A stretch of 63,391 nt of DNA, filler included, from Candidatus Fermentibacterota bacterium (GCA_016928395.1; 6 parts of 6 records of this genome joined end to end with filler, not necessarily neighbours in it); one strand, 5' to 3'; shown: positions 51,848 through 61,425, counted from the whole stretch's first letter. Numbers and translations: made by a program. The notes: a model not told the origin generated them from the letters alone.

Positions 51848-52270
51848 ATGTCAGGACTCATCAAGATCAGTGACGCGGCTTCTCTGGGCCTCCATGCGGC
51901 AGTGCTGCTTGCCACCCGCAGGGACTCCTTTGTTCCGACGGTTCGGATAGCCGAAGACCTACGCGTATCGCAGGCCCATCTGGCAAAGGTGCTGCAATGG
52001 CTGGCCCGGGCCGGCCTCGTGCGATCGGTCCGTGGCCCCCATGGGGGATTCACTTTGACCCGTGATCCCTCCGCTATCAGCCTTGCCCAGGTGTTTGAGG
52101 CCATCGAGGGCCCCCTCAGCCCCAGCGGCTGCCTGCTGGGAAGGCCGGCCTGTGATGGGACCACCTGCATCTTCGGCGATGTCATCGCCAGGGTGGAAGC
52201 TGAGCTGATGCGCTATCTGTCTACAACGACCCTGGCCCAGTTCGCCGGTATGCGGTTTTCGTCTGATTGA
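51848..52270 (+). CDS. Rrf2-family transcriptional regulator with three Cys
   Basis: HLAKVLQ.L, SVRGPHGGF.L, GCLLGRPACDGTTCIF. Confidence 0.92.
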   Translation: MSGLIKISDAASLGLHAAVLLATRRDSFVPTVRIAEDLRVSQAHLAKVLQWLARAGLVRSVRGPHGGFTLTRDPSAISLAQVFEAIEGPLSPSGCLLGRPACDGTTCIFGDVIARVEAELMRYLSTTTLAQFAGMRFSSD

Positions 52271-52327
52271 AAATCCCCGAACGCATCGATATGGTCGTCG
52301 TGAACACCGCATGACAGCCGGAGACAC

Positions 52328-52570
52328 CTCTCAACCCCGACAATCCCTGGCTGAATTCGATCCACACATGAACTCAGACACCAGTAAGGCCTCTGGATGC
52401 GGGAGCACCCAGGTCTTTCGAGGTGGAGAGTACGGCCGCAGTTGGCTATCGGCTGTTGGCTATCGGCTGTCAGCTATCGGCTATCGGGCCCGACCAGCAT
52501 CCAGAGGTGCCCAGCGGCGTGCGGGAGGGCAGAGACGCCCTCCCCTACGGAGGCCTGCGAGGAACCGTTG
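52328..52570 (+). repeat. Composite intergenic repeat copy H: TIR-bounded ~103-bp unit, six heptamers, inserted GTAG-REP
   Basis: 52382-52490 matches 45647-45790; imperfect TIR pair 52328-52340 / 52418-52430. Confidence 0.85.
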
Positions 52571-52670
52571 NNNNNNNNNNNNNNNNNNNNNNNNNNNNNN
52601 NNNNNNNNNNNNNNTTAATTAATTAANNNNNNNNNNNNNNNNNNNNNNNNNNNNNNNNNNNNNNNNNNNN
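52571..52670. other. Artificial contig spacer
   Basis: N run with TTAATTAATTAA. Confidence 0.99.
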
Positions 52671-52745
52671 AAGACGGAATCGTTACCACCGGTAGGTCGT
52701 CAGCCTGAGCCGACACCCCATCAAGACCCCAAAGTGCCAAAGTCC

Positions 52746-52783
52746 AGACACTGGCAGCTTGCCTGCCAGTGTCTATGCCCCAC
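52746..52783 (-). repeat. REP-like hairpin AGACACTGGCAG-N5-CTGCCAGTGTCT with a GTGG tail
   Basis: Perfect 12-bp stem at 52746-52774; a different REP type from contigs 1-3 and 6. Confidence 0.55.
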
Positions 52784-53270
52784 GCGCCCACCGGAGGGAC
52801 CGCACGGGTGGGCAAGCCGCCTTCGGTTCCATGCCACAAGCCAGGCTTCATTCGGAGGAGACTTCCAGGCGCGAGGCGTCCCCACATCTCGCCGCCCTGT
52901 TGCGCGGCGGCAACATGCGACGATGTTGCCGTGAGAATCGCGGCAAGTCCAGTTGTTACATCTAGTTACGGGTGGCGAGCGAGATCCGCCCCCTGGTGCA
53001 GCGCATTACGGGCAGGCACGTCGACACAATCAACCCGAGCCGGACATCCCGCACAGGTTGCCAACTCGGCCAAACGAAGCCGAATGGGTGGTACCCCACG
53101 GCCCGTGCGTGCCGGTGTAAGGCATGACCTGACAAGTACTTACGCTGCGTAGAACGGAGAAGGTAGACGCGTGTGACTGGTCCGGCCTCACGATGGCATA
53201 GGGCTTGCCCACCTTGTGGGCTGGAGAGCTAACGGGGGGAGACAGAGGGGAACCTGGGAGGGAGAGAGCG

Positions 53271-53588
53271 ATGTGGCGAGCAGCGTGCCGACGAATCGGC
53301 ATCCTTTGTTTGGCGGCAATCGGACTCAGCAGTGGCTGTTCGGTCGGCACGCCTCGCGACATCGAGATCCCAGCGACGGCGGACCTACTGCTCGGTCACG
53401 ATCGCTCGGCGGCTTTGGCGACTCGAATCGGGCGCAGCGATTGGCCCGCGACATACGGACCCCTTGAAGGGCCTGAGGATACGATCTACGTCGAATACTA
53501 TCGGGACTATCAGGGCAACGGCTATGCCGAACGGAGCAATCCGCGTCGCTTGTTTAGAAGCTATCGCATCGGTACTCAGCACCGCTGA
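53271..53588 (+). CDS. Hypothetical lipoprotein
   Basis: Lipobox LSSGC after a basic and hydrophobic leader; GGGAG RBS. Confidence 0.7.
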   Translation: MWRAACRRIGILCLAAIGLSSGCSVGTPRDIEIPATADLLLGHDRSAALATRIGRSDWPATYGPLEGPEDTIYVEYYRDYQGNGYAERSNPRRLFRSYRIGTQHR

Positions 53589-53798
53589 TGTGCACGGCCC
53601 CTTGGGAGGCGGGCCTGCACGCCGATGCGATCCCATACAACTGTCGTAAGCTCCTTTCTGCACAACGTGCCCGATCGCCAGGGGCTGGCGATCGGGCACG
53701 GTTCTTTCCAGATTGAGCGCAAAAATAATGCGAGGCCGAGATGGCGTTCCGGTACACGCCAGCACGGCCTCACACTGCAAGAGAGAGAACGGTCGGGC

Positions 53799-54263
53799 CT
53801 ACTTGCCCGATAGCAGGCACCGCTGGAGTTCCTCCTTGAGGAGGCGCATGTCTCCATCGGTACCCCGTCGGCTGTCCCAGAAGGCCTGGATGTCCCTGCC
53901 ATCGACTTGCCCGTCGCCGTTGTAGTCGCAACTGACGGACTCCGCCGTCGTTGGGACCGGTTCGACGACAGCGGGCGACTCCGGTTTTACGAGGGTGTCG
54001 CTGCCAGGGCCATTCTCGGCCACTTTGTGAACGGCCCGAGGACCCCACAGGCTGGGGCCGACAAACAGGACGGCGACAGCCGCCGCGGCCGCCAATGGAG
54101 CCGCCACACGCGCCCAAGCGAAGCGCCGGTGCGTGAGGCACGAGGCCTCAGGCTCAGCGGTTCGCCAGGGATATCGTGTCGCGTCTCCAGAGAACACACC
54201 CTCGCGATGGGCTTCCCCCAGCTTCGCGAGCACGTGTTTCATGTTGTCGGTTTGCCGACTCAT
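53799..54263 (-). CDS. Putative single-TM anti-sigma factor with a C-terminal dockerin/EF-hand-like motif
   Basis: Directly downstream of an ECF sigma; TM PLAAAAAVAVLFV; CDYNGDGQVDGRDIQAF. Confidence 0.68.
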   Translation of the reverse strand: MSRQTDNMKHVLAKLGEAHREGVFSGDATRYPWRTAEPEASCLTHRRFAWARVAAPLAAAAAVAVLFVGPSLWGPRAVHKVAENGPGSDTLVKPESPAVVEPVPTTAESVSCDYNGDGQVDGRDIQAFWDSRRGTDGDMRLLKEELQRCLLSGK

Positions 54264-54280
54264 GCCTGCTTCCTCACCTC

Positions 54281-54883
54281 TTATTGCTCCTCCTCAGCCC
54301 CCTGCGCAGGGAAAAGTTGCGAAAAACGGATGCCTTTTTTCTCCAGACAACGTCGCAGGGCCTTGAAGACCGCGGGAAGACGGACCTCCCGAAGTGTGGA
54401 CTCTGGGATGCTAACTTCTTGTGCCACATGACGTAACGTGCATTCATCAAAGAACCGCATCCGCACGATCCGGGCATCCTGCGGATCCAGCCGGTTGACG
54501 CAATCGTTCAGTTGCGCCAGCAACTCGGCCTCGGCGGCGATGGTCTCCGGGGTCTGCTCCTCCACCTGGCTCGCGGGGCCGTCCATCACGTCGGGGGCCC
54601 GGTCGAGCGTGGTCTGGGATCTGCGGCAGTGCTCACGATACACGTTCTGGAGAATGCCTGCGAACCAGACGGCGAAGGGTCGGCCCGGGTCATAGACCTT
54701 CCGGAGCCGGAACGAACGGCACCAAGTCTCACTGACGAGGTCATCGACCCAATCCGGCCGGTGCGACACGCGCCACGCCATCAGGCGGGCCTGTTGCTGA
54801 TAACGGTCGTAGATCTGCTCAAAGGCCTGATCGTCCCCGGCCAGGACGGCCTCGAATAGCTCTCTCTCCGAGCGGTCAGCCAT
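54281..54883 (-). CDS. ECF RNA polymerase sigma-70 factor
   Basis: GDDQAFEQIYDRY, DDLVSETW, YDPGRPF..WF..I, region 4 HTH (LRHVAQEVSIPEST). Confidence 0.88.
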   Translation of the reverse strand: MADRSERELFEAVLAGDDQAFEQIYDRYQQQARLMAWRVSHRPDWVDDLVSETWCRSFRLRKVYDPGRPFAVWFAGILQNVYREHCRRSQTTLDRAPDVMDGPASQVEEQTPETIAAEAELLAQLNDCVNRLDPQDARIVRMRFFDECTLRHVAQEVSIPESTLREVRLPAVFKALRRCLEKKGIRFSQLFPAQGAEEEQ

Positions 54884-55090
54884 GTAGCCTTGACTCTCCG
54901 AATGACCCACCGGGCCCCGCCACAACCTACCCCGGCCCCCATTGGCAGCACGGTACTGTGGACAGCGCCGGCGCGAGACACCAGAAGCAGATCCTAGCAA
55001 ATGCGCCCCGGCAGTGCTGACGCGGACGGTATGTCCATGCTACAGTCCTGGGGGACCACAGGCTAGACGCCTGCGCCGCAGCTCCGATAG

Positions 55091-55188
55091 CAGACCGTGG
55101 CGTGACTGTGGCACCAGCGCCAAAGCCTGTCTTCTCACGGTCAGGAACGGCGATTCCGAACCGCTGTTTTACCTTTCACCACGGGCTG
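55091..55188 (+). mobile_element. ~98-bp MITE with CAG(A/C)CCGTGG...CCACGGGCTG TIRs and ATAG 4-bp direct repeats
   Basis: ATAG at 55087-55090 and 55189-55192; about 84% identical by manual count to the reverse complement of 56492-56590. Confidence 0.72.
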
Positions 55189-55345
55189 ATAGCCCCGCGG
55201 GCGGGACGGCAAGCCGATTCGAGTGGTGAAGGGATGTTCGCGGAGCTGTCGACAATTGTGTCGGAGCCGTCTCCACGCTATCGTTCAGCCCGCAGAGGCT
55301 CTTGCGGCACCCGCGAGCCTGCGCATCCCAGCGGGGGAGCATACA

Positions 55346-56284
55346 ATGAGTCGCACAGCCTATTACTGGGACCCGATCAGCCTTGAGCACGACACAGGTG
55401 CGCACGCGGAGCACATGCTCCGCGCCGATCGCCTCAGGCCCGAGAAGATCGCCCACGCGATCGACGGAGTGGCCTTCCGGCCGGTCGAACCTCACGACAC
55501 CGCCGAGTGGATCTGCCGCATTCACGATCGACAATACCACGATTGGGTGAAGGAGGTTTGCCGCAGCGGCGGGGGGCTCCTGGACGGCGGCGACACACCC
55601 GCCAGTGCCCGCAGCTACGATGCCGCGCTCGCCTCGGTCGATGCGGTCTTGACCGCCGCGGACGCGATCATGGCGGGCGAGCTGGACACCGCCTTCTCCG
55701 CCATGAGGCCGCCGGGCCACCACGCCCTGCCGCCCCGGGCGATGGGATTCTGCATCTTCAGCAACGTGGGGATTCTCGTTCGCTACCTTGAAGAGAAATA
55801 CCGTATCGGCCGCCTGGCTGTCGTCGATTTCGACGTCCACCACGGCAACGGCACGCAACACGTCTTCTGGCGCGACCCGGACGTGCTTTACGTCTCGCTC
55901 CATCAGTTTCCGCTCTTCCCGGGCACGGGCGCCGCGCGCGACGAGGGCGACGGGCCCGGTCTGGGCACAACCTTGAACATCCCCTTCTCGCCGGGAACCA
56001 CGGAGGGAGAATACCTGGCGAAGTTCGAGGCCAAGGTCTTGCCCGCCGTGGACGCCTTCGGCCCGGAGTTCCTGATCATCTCCGCCGGGTTCGATGGCCA
56101 CGTCGCGGACCCGCTGGCCGACTTGAGGCTCACGGAGGACGGCTATGCCTGGATGACCCGCGAGTTGAAGTCGCTCGCCACCGAGTGGTGCCAGGGCCGC
56201 ATCATCAGCGTCCTCGAAGGCGGCTACAACCTGGACGCGCTCGTGCGCTGCGTCGCAGCGCATGTCCAGGCGCTGAGGGGATAG
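55346..56284 (+). CDS. Histone deacetylase-family (AcuC/AphA-like) Zn amidohydrolase
   Basis: RPPGHHA, MGFCIFSN, DFDVHHGNGTQ, FPGTG, SAGFD, LEGGY. Confidence 0.95.
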   Translation: MSRTAYYWDPISLEHDTGAHAEHMLRADRLRPEKIAHAIDGVAFRPVEPHDTAEWICRIHDRQYHDWVKEVCRSGGGLLDGGDTPASARSYDAALASVDAVLTAADAIMAGELDTAFSAMRPPGHHALPPRAMGFCIFSNVGILVRYLEEKYRIGRLAVVDFDVHHGNGTQHVFWRDPDVLYVSLHQFPLFPGTGAARDEGDGPGLGTTLNIPFSPGTTEGEYLAKFEAKVLPAVDAFGPEFLIISAGFDGHVADPLADLRLTEDGYAWMTRELKSLATEWCQGRIISVLEGGYNLDALVRCVAAHVQALRG

Positions 56285-56491
56285 GCAAACCTGAGATCAT
56301 GTGTCTGTCTGACGTGCCCGCCGGCGTCGCGCCGGCAAGGGCGTTGGAATCTCTCGACTCAGATCGCCGGTGCCGAGGTGGCGGGAGGGGATGTACTTGT
56401 CTTCTCGCTGGTCGCCTGCGCCTTCCTCAACAGTGCCTCAAGTCTCTTCTTGAGTTGCGAGAGGATCCTTTCAATGTCAGGATCAAGCTTG

Positions 56492-56590
56492 CAGCCCGTG
56501 GTAAAAGGGAAATCAGCGGTTCGGAAACGCCGATCCTGACCGTGGAAACCACCGGCTTTGGCGCCGGTTCCACAGTTTCTCCACGGGCTG
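56492..56590 (-). mobile_element. ~99-bp MITE, second copy (inverted)
   Basis: TIRs CAGCCCGTGG / CCACGGGCTG; flanks CTTG and CTAG. Confidence 0.72.
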
Positions 56591-56690
56591 CTAGTATAGA
56601 GAACCGATCGTTCCGCATGCACGCGATGGCTATCCAGGACGTTGTCCGCTTCAAGGCGTTAACAGTAGGATCACAACCGAGAGTAGTCTA

Positions 56691-57098
56691 ATGCTCCACC
56701 AAGCTCTCTTGCTGAAATGCCCTGCTTGTGAATACTCGCTCATCGGTCTCCCATGCGAACACCGATGCCCTGAGTGCGGTTTTGAATACGACGTCTACAC
56801 CCGTCTCTGGCAATCCTCCCCAAGGTGGCGGGCTGGCAGGATTGCTGTGTCATTGTGCTCTCCTATGCTGTATGCCTTGTGGTGGTTTGTGTCAATCCAG
56901 AATACGCCGTGGTGGATTCAACATGCTTACCTTGCGAGTGGGCTAGCGCTGTGTGTACTGTCTCTGCGCCGGATTCTCGGTGTTCACCGCGAGTTTGTTG
57001 CGGTCACCCCCAACCCGGATTATTCATACTTCCTGAGTCGAGCCACGCGGGGCGGTCCTCCGGAGGGTAGTGGCCCATTGCTGTTGGCCGAGCGCACA
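56691..57098 (+). CDS. Hypothetical membrane protein with N-terminal zinc ribbon (runs into the contig end)
   Basis: CPACEYSLIGLP..RCPECG followed by two hydrophobic segments; lower GC. Confidence 0.55.
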
Positions 57099-57198
57099 NN
57101 NNNNNNNNNNNNNNNNNNNNNNNNNNNNNNNNNNNNNNNNNNTTAATTAATTAANNNNNNNNNNNNNNNNNNNNNNNNNNNNNNNNNNNNNNNNNNNN
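57099..57198. other. Artificial contig spacer
   Basis: N run with TTAATTAATTAA. Confidence 0.99.
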
Positions 57199-57539
57199 AG
57201 AAGTCCGGCTGCGGGCGCCAGTTCAGCGCCGGCTCTGCCCGACAACGCCTCGAAGCCGACGAGCAGCAGGGCGTATCCGCATGCAGGCCTCCAGGACAGG
57301 TCCGCAAGGCAATCGTACAGCGCATCCCAGTTCCTGCCGAAGTAGGAGGGGAAGTGAAGAGCGGCCGCGAATGCCGCAAGGAGGTCCGCTCCAGTATTCG
57401 CCGCGCCCAGGTCGATTCGGATGAAATCCAGCCCGTTGCGCTCGGAGATAAGCCGGACCACATCCTCTTCGAAGGCGGCTGCGACGGGGTAGATACCGGA
57501 ACTTAGATATGAACTGAGCGCTACTGTCCAGTCGTGCAT
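57199..57539 (-). CDS. Barstar-family ribonuclease inhibitor (3' truncated)
   Basis: LHFPSYFGRNWDALYDCLADLSW signature; immediately downstream of an RNase. Confidence 0.9.
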
Positions 57540-57542
57540 GCT

Positions 57543-57992
57543 TCACTCCACAATCCGCTTGAAGCTACTGTAGTGATCATCCGTGTAGTAGCGCTCGCCG
57601 CTTGCGCCCGCGACGATGCGCCGCGCACCCCGGTCGGAGGCTCCCGGGGTGAGGACGGTGTACTCCAGATAGTAGCCATCATCCTGCACGGGCAGGAGCC
57701 CCTCGTAGTTGTGAAAGACCGCCCCGTCTCTTGAGTATGGGAAGGGACCACCACTCTCTATCAATTCCAGCGTGGCCCTCGCCTCAGGCGGCAGTTCGTC
57801 GACTCCGATAACGACAGCGTCAGGTTTGACGACGGTCACCCCGGAGTCAGCAGGAGCATTGTCATCGGAGGCGGGAGGGAGCCACTCAAAGCTCGGGAGA
57901 AGTCCGCCACAGCCAGCCAGGGGCAACAACAGGCACGCGACCGCCAGGATGGCGAGTGACGCCCCCATGCGCTTCAAGACACTGGTCCTCAT
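57543..57992 (-). CDS. Guanyl-specific ribonuclease (RNase Sa/barnase family), lipoprotein
   Basis: Lipobox LAGC; LPPEA..GGPFPYSRDG.VF.N.EG.LP...GYY.EYTV.TPG..RG.RRIV...YYT.DHY. Confidence 0.92.
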   Translation of the reverse strand: MRTSVLKRMGASLAILAVACLLLPLAGCGGLLPSFEWLPPASDDNAPADSGVTVVKPDAVVIGVDELPPEARATLELIESGGPFPYSRDGAVFHNYEGLLPVQDDGYYLEYTVLTPGASDRGARRIVAGASGERYYTDDHYSSFKRIVE

Positions 57993-58313
57993 TTGTTCAC
58001 ACCGCTTCCCGTTCGCGCTGCAACGCAATGATGCCCACTAACCACGCGCCGCCGCATGGCGCACAAGGCCCAACGAGAGCAGTGGAGCGCGGCATACTAC
58101 TTACAAGGCGGTGAGCGATACCCGTTTTCCCGCAGTGCGCACTGCCCGAATGGCCGCTTGCAGGAGAGGCGTCCCGCTACGTCCCACTCCAGTCTCATTT
58201 CGGACTGGAATCCGAACTTCCCTTGTGAGAGGTTGCACCATTCACACGGTGGAAGAACGGTGCAGCGCACATCGGGCCTTGAGATGCCGCCAGTTTCGGC
58301 CGGCCCGCCGTGA

Positions 58314-58529
58314 TTACTTGAGTTCGTCTTTCGATACCCTCAGAACGACCTCATCGCCAAACTGATCGATCTTGTCCAGACCAACCACAACCTTCTTGAA
58401 GAGCCCCATCTTGACCACGATATAGCCGACCGTCCACGTCGAAGTGTCGATATCGATGTCGGCCACCTTCCCAACCACCATTGCATCCCGGTCCAGCACT
58501 TTCTTTCCCATTATCTCACTGGCATTCAT
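58314..58529 (-). CDS. PRC-barrel domain protein
   Basis: ASEIMGKKVLD....VGKVADIDID....V..IVV, GDEVVL; GGAGG RBS. Confidence 0.85.
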   Translation of the reverse strand: MNASEIMGKKVLDRDAMVVGKVADIDIDTSTWTVGYIVVKMGLFKKVVVGLDKIDQFGDEVVLRVSKDELK

Positions 58530-58931
58530 TCTTCCTCCACAGACCCCGGCAACCTGATGCCCCTATCGGCTAAGTCTCATCGAAGCCTCGGTGATGACCA
58601 TACAATACTCCTCTCCAGTCAACAAGACACTGGCTGCTCGGTTGGTCACCGCGAGGACTCGCGGAAAGACTTCGCCGGCCAAGCGCTCGGTCATGGGCCC
58701 TTCAAGACCCTCGGCGGACTGCCGGCATGGGCGCTGTCCGCGGAGGACATGGGCCCGCTTGAACATTTCACATGTCGGGTCCAGAATCAGGGCAGAGAAG
58801 CCCACCGACAAGGAGATAGGCCGATGCGGGCAGGATTGAGGCAGTTGTTATTCGGTTCATGGGAGCCTGTGTGCGAAGCCGCACCCTCCTGCGAAATCCC
58901 GGAGACTGCCAGCGAGTGTGAGACCCTGTAC

Positions 58932-59914
58932 ATGGCCGCAAGCCAAGGACGGCCAAGCCGCAGGGTCGACGCAGGACGCAGACGCAGACCTCAGACGGCA
59001 CGCTCGGGCGGACGTCCACGAGCCCAGGCACCCCAGCGCAGGCGAGAGTCCGCCGGCAGCGGCGAAACAGTAAGTACCCTCGGTTCCGGCGGGTCTGGAG
59101 GAATCACGAGCGGGTCCGGTCCTGGTGGCGGCAGCGGGCTGCCGTTCAACATAGGCAAGGGTGGCCGTTCAGGCTGTCTGACAGCAATCGTGGTCATCAT
59201 CATAGTAGTGGTCGCCGCCATCTGGCTCTTCGGCGGAGGGCTCGACACGGGAGGCGGTTCTCCTCTGCCAACCGAGAGCCCTACGACCGCCTACGGTTCC
59301 GGTCAGTTGTCAGGTGTGACCCCGGCCGCCGACTTCGCGACCAACTATCCCGCGGTAACAGGCGCGACCCAGGGCACGAGCGGCCAGACCTGGCTGGTCA
59401 TGCTCTACCAGGACGCCGATGACAAAGTACTCGAGAAGGACATCTACCTCGACCTGAACGAGGCCGAGAAGGCGGGATCATCCGACAGGGTGACAGTTGT
59501 GGCGCAGATAGACCGCTACAACGGAGGGTATACTGGCGACGGCAACTGGACGGGCGCCAAGCGCTTCGTCGTCGTCGCTGACGACGACCTTTCACGGGTG
59601 TCTTCTCAGGTGGCCGAAGACCTCGGCGAGGTCAACATGGCATCAGCACAGACGCTCCATGACTTCGTCATCTGGGCGATGGCGAACTTTCCCGCCGACA
59701 AGTACGCCCTGATTCTCTCCGACCATGGTATGGGTTGGCCGGGAGGCTGGACCGACCCGACGCCGAAGTCTGCCACGGATACCAGCAGTCCTCTGTCTGC
59801 CCGCCTGGGCAACCTTCTCTTCCTCAACGAGATGGGGGAAGCCTTGAGTGCCATACGGTCCACAACCGGGCTGGACAAGTTTGAACTCATCGGGCTGGAC
59901 GCGTGCCTGATGGG
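58932..59914 (+). CDS. Membrane-anchored clostripain-family (C11) cysteine peptidase (3' truncated)
   Basis: Arg/Gly-rich N-terminus, TM, WLVMLYQDADD..LE, GEVNM, SDHG.GW, LDACLM. Confidence 0.88.
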
Positions 59915-60014
59915 NNNNNNNNNNNNNNNNNNNNNNNNNNNNNNNNNNNNNNNNNNNNTTAATTAATTAANNNNNNNNNNNNNNNNNNNNNNNNNNNNNN
60001 NNNNNNNNNNNNNN
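59915..60014. other. Artificial contig spacer
   Basis: N run with TTAATTAATTAA. Confidence 0.99.
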
Positions 60015-60360
60015 CACAGAGGCTCGCCTGAACCCCGAACCCTGAACCCTGAACCCTAACCTGTAGCTCCACGCCACGGCACCGGAAGTTGCACCACGTA
60101 TCGTCCGGGCGAGCCCGGGGCCCCCACTCGTTTGAGAGTACATCCACGCACTGGTACTCGGAGGTACGCCTCTGGATACCGATACCGATACCGACTCCGA
60201 GCCCCGCCCTCCCGCGGGCGACCAGGGACGGTCGCCCCTACCACGGCAACGGTTTCTCGTAGCGCTGGGCGGGCCTGAGAGCTCACAGCCGATAGCCACC
60301 AGCCGGCCGTACTCTCCACCTCGAAAGACCTGGGTGCGGCCGCCTCCAGAGGCCTTACTG
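60015..60360 (-). repeat. Composite intergenic repeat copy I: reverse complement of copy F plus GGGTTC(A/G) x4
   Basis: Colinear with 45647-45929; REP at 60216-60241. Confidence 0.9.
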
Positions 60361-60389
60361 ACAATTGATGACTTCCCGCGACGCGAGCC

Positions 60390-61280
60390 CTATCCCGGTG
60401 ACGATCTCCGGCTCGTGACCTGGAGCGCGATCCCTGTGAGGATCAGGGTAAGCCCCGCGAGTGTGGAAGGTGCAATCGGTTCGGCCAAGACAAAGCGTAC
60501 GAGCACCAATGACAGACACGGCGAAAGAAAGACCAGATTGCTGATGCGCGCAGTGCGATCGATGAGGCTGAGCGCTTTGAGCCACAGGGCAAAGGTGACG
60601 CCCATCTCAAACAACCCCACATAGAACGCTCCTGCCAGGCCCTTCCAGGGAAGCGCACGAAACCCGCATCCGGTGATGTGCGCGATGATCAAATAGCACA
60701 GACCGAAGAGGAAGCTCTGCAGGAGTTTCGTTGCGCCATCCCGTCGGTCTCGCACATTGAGGATCCAGTACAGAGCCCAGATCACCGACGACCCTGCCGC
60801 CAGCATAATGCCCACGGGATCTTGGAATCGAAGGCTGGCCAGATCACCCCTGGTCCCGATCACAATGACGCCGACGAAACTCAAGGCCAGGGCTCCCAGG
60901 CTCCGTGGTCCCAGCCGCTGCCCCAAGAACGGCACGGCGAGTAAGGCCAGCACGATGGGCCACAGGTAGTTGAGCACCAACGCTTCTTGGGCGGGAAGCC
61001 GGCGATAGGCAGCGAAAAGCACGCGGTAGTAGGCGAAGGGATTCAGAAATCCCGCGACCGCCGAACAGAGGAGCATCCGCGGAGTCCATGCAGAAGCGCC
61101 GCGCAGCTTCCCCGTGGCAGCAGCATGCACCAGAAGAAAGGCCACGGCGGTGGCTACTGCGCAGAGCTGCAGCTCGGCGGGGTCCAGAAAGCGAAGGGCA
61201 AGTTTGAACGCTGAGGCCGCAGTGGACCACAGCAGCACGGCGGCCAGACCGTAGGCATACGCTCTGAGGTGACCTGGCAC
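60390..61280 (-). CDS. DMT/EamA family transporter
   Basis: AVLLWSTAASAFK, NPFAYY..LF.AY..LPAQEA..LNYLWP, GLFEMG; about 10 TM. Confidence 0.9.
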   Translation of the reverse strand: MPGHLRAYAYGLAAVLLWSTAASAFKLALRFLDPAELQLCAVATAVAFLLVHAAATGKLRGASAWTPRMLLCSAVAGFLNPFAYYRVLFAAYRRLPAQEALVLNYLWPIVLALLAVPFLGQRLGPRSLGALALSFVGVIVIGTRGDLASLRFQDPVGIMLAAGSSVIWALYWILNVRDRRDGATKLLQSFLFGLCYLIIAHITGCGFRALPWKGLAGAFYVGLFEMGVTFALWLKALSLIDRTARISNLVFLSPCLSLVLVRFVLAEPIAPSTLAGLTLILTGIALQVTSRRSSPG

Positions 61281-61425
61281 GTACGACTCCTATCTTGTCG
61301 GGAACTATCTGGAGATCTCTGGTCTCAGGCCTGTGCAATATGGGGCGTCCTGGGCGGGCGTCGAGGGGCGTGGCATGCACGCCGGTTGCGCGGCGAGAGC
61401 TCGAAACACGGCGCGGAGGTGAGCC

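Noticed and set aside
56359-56654. Small minus-strand ORFs (87 and 75 aa) and 55102-55386
   Set aside because: They largely read through the MITE copies; their shared PAPKPV peptide reflects the DNA repeat.
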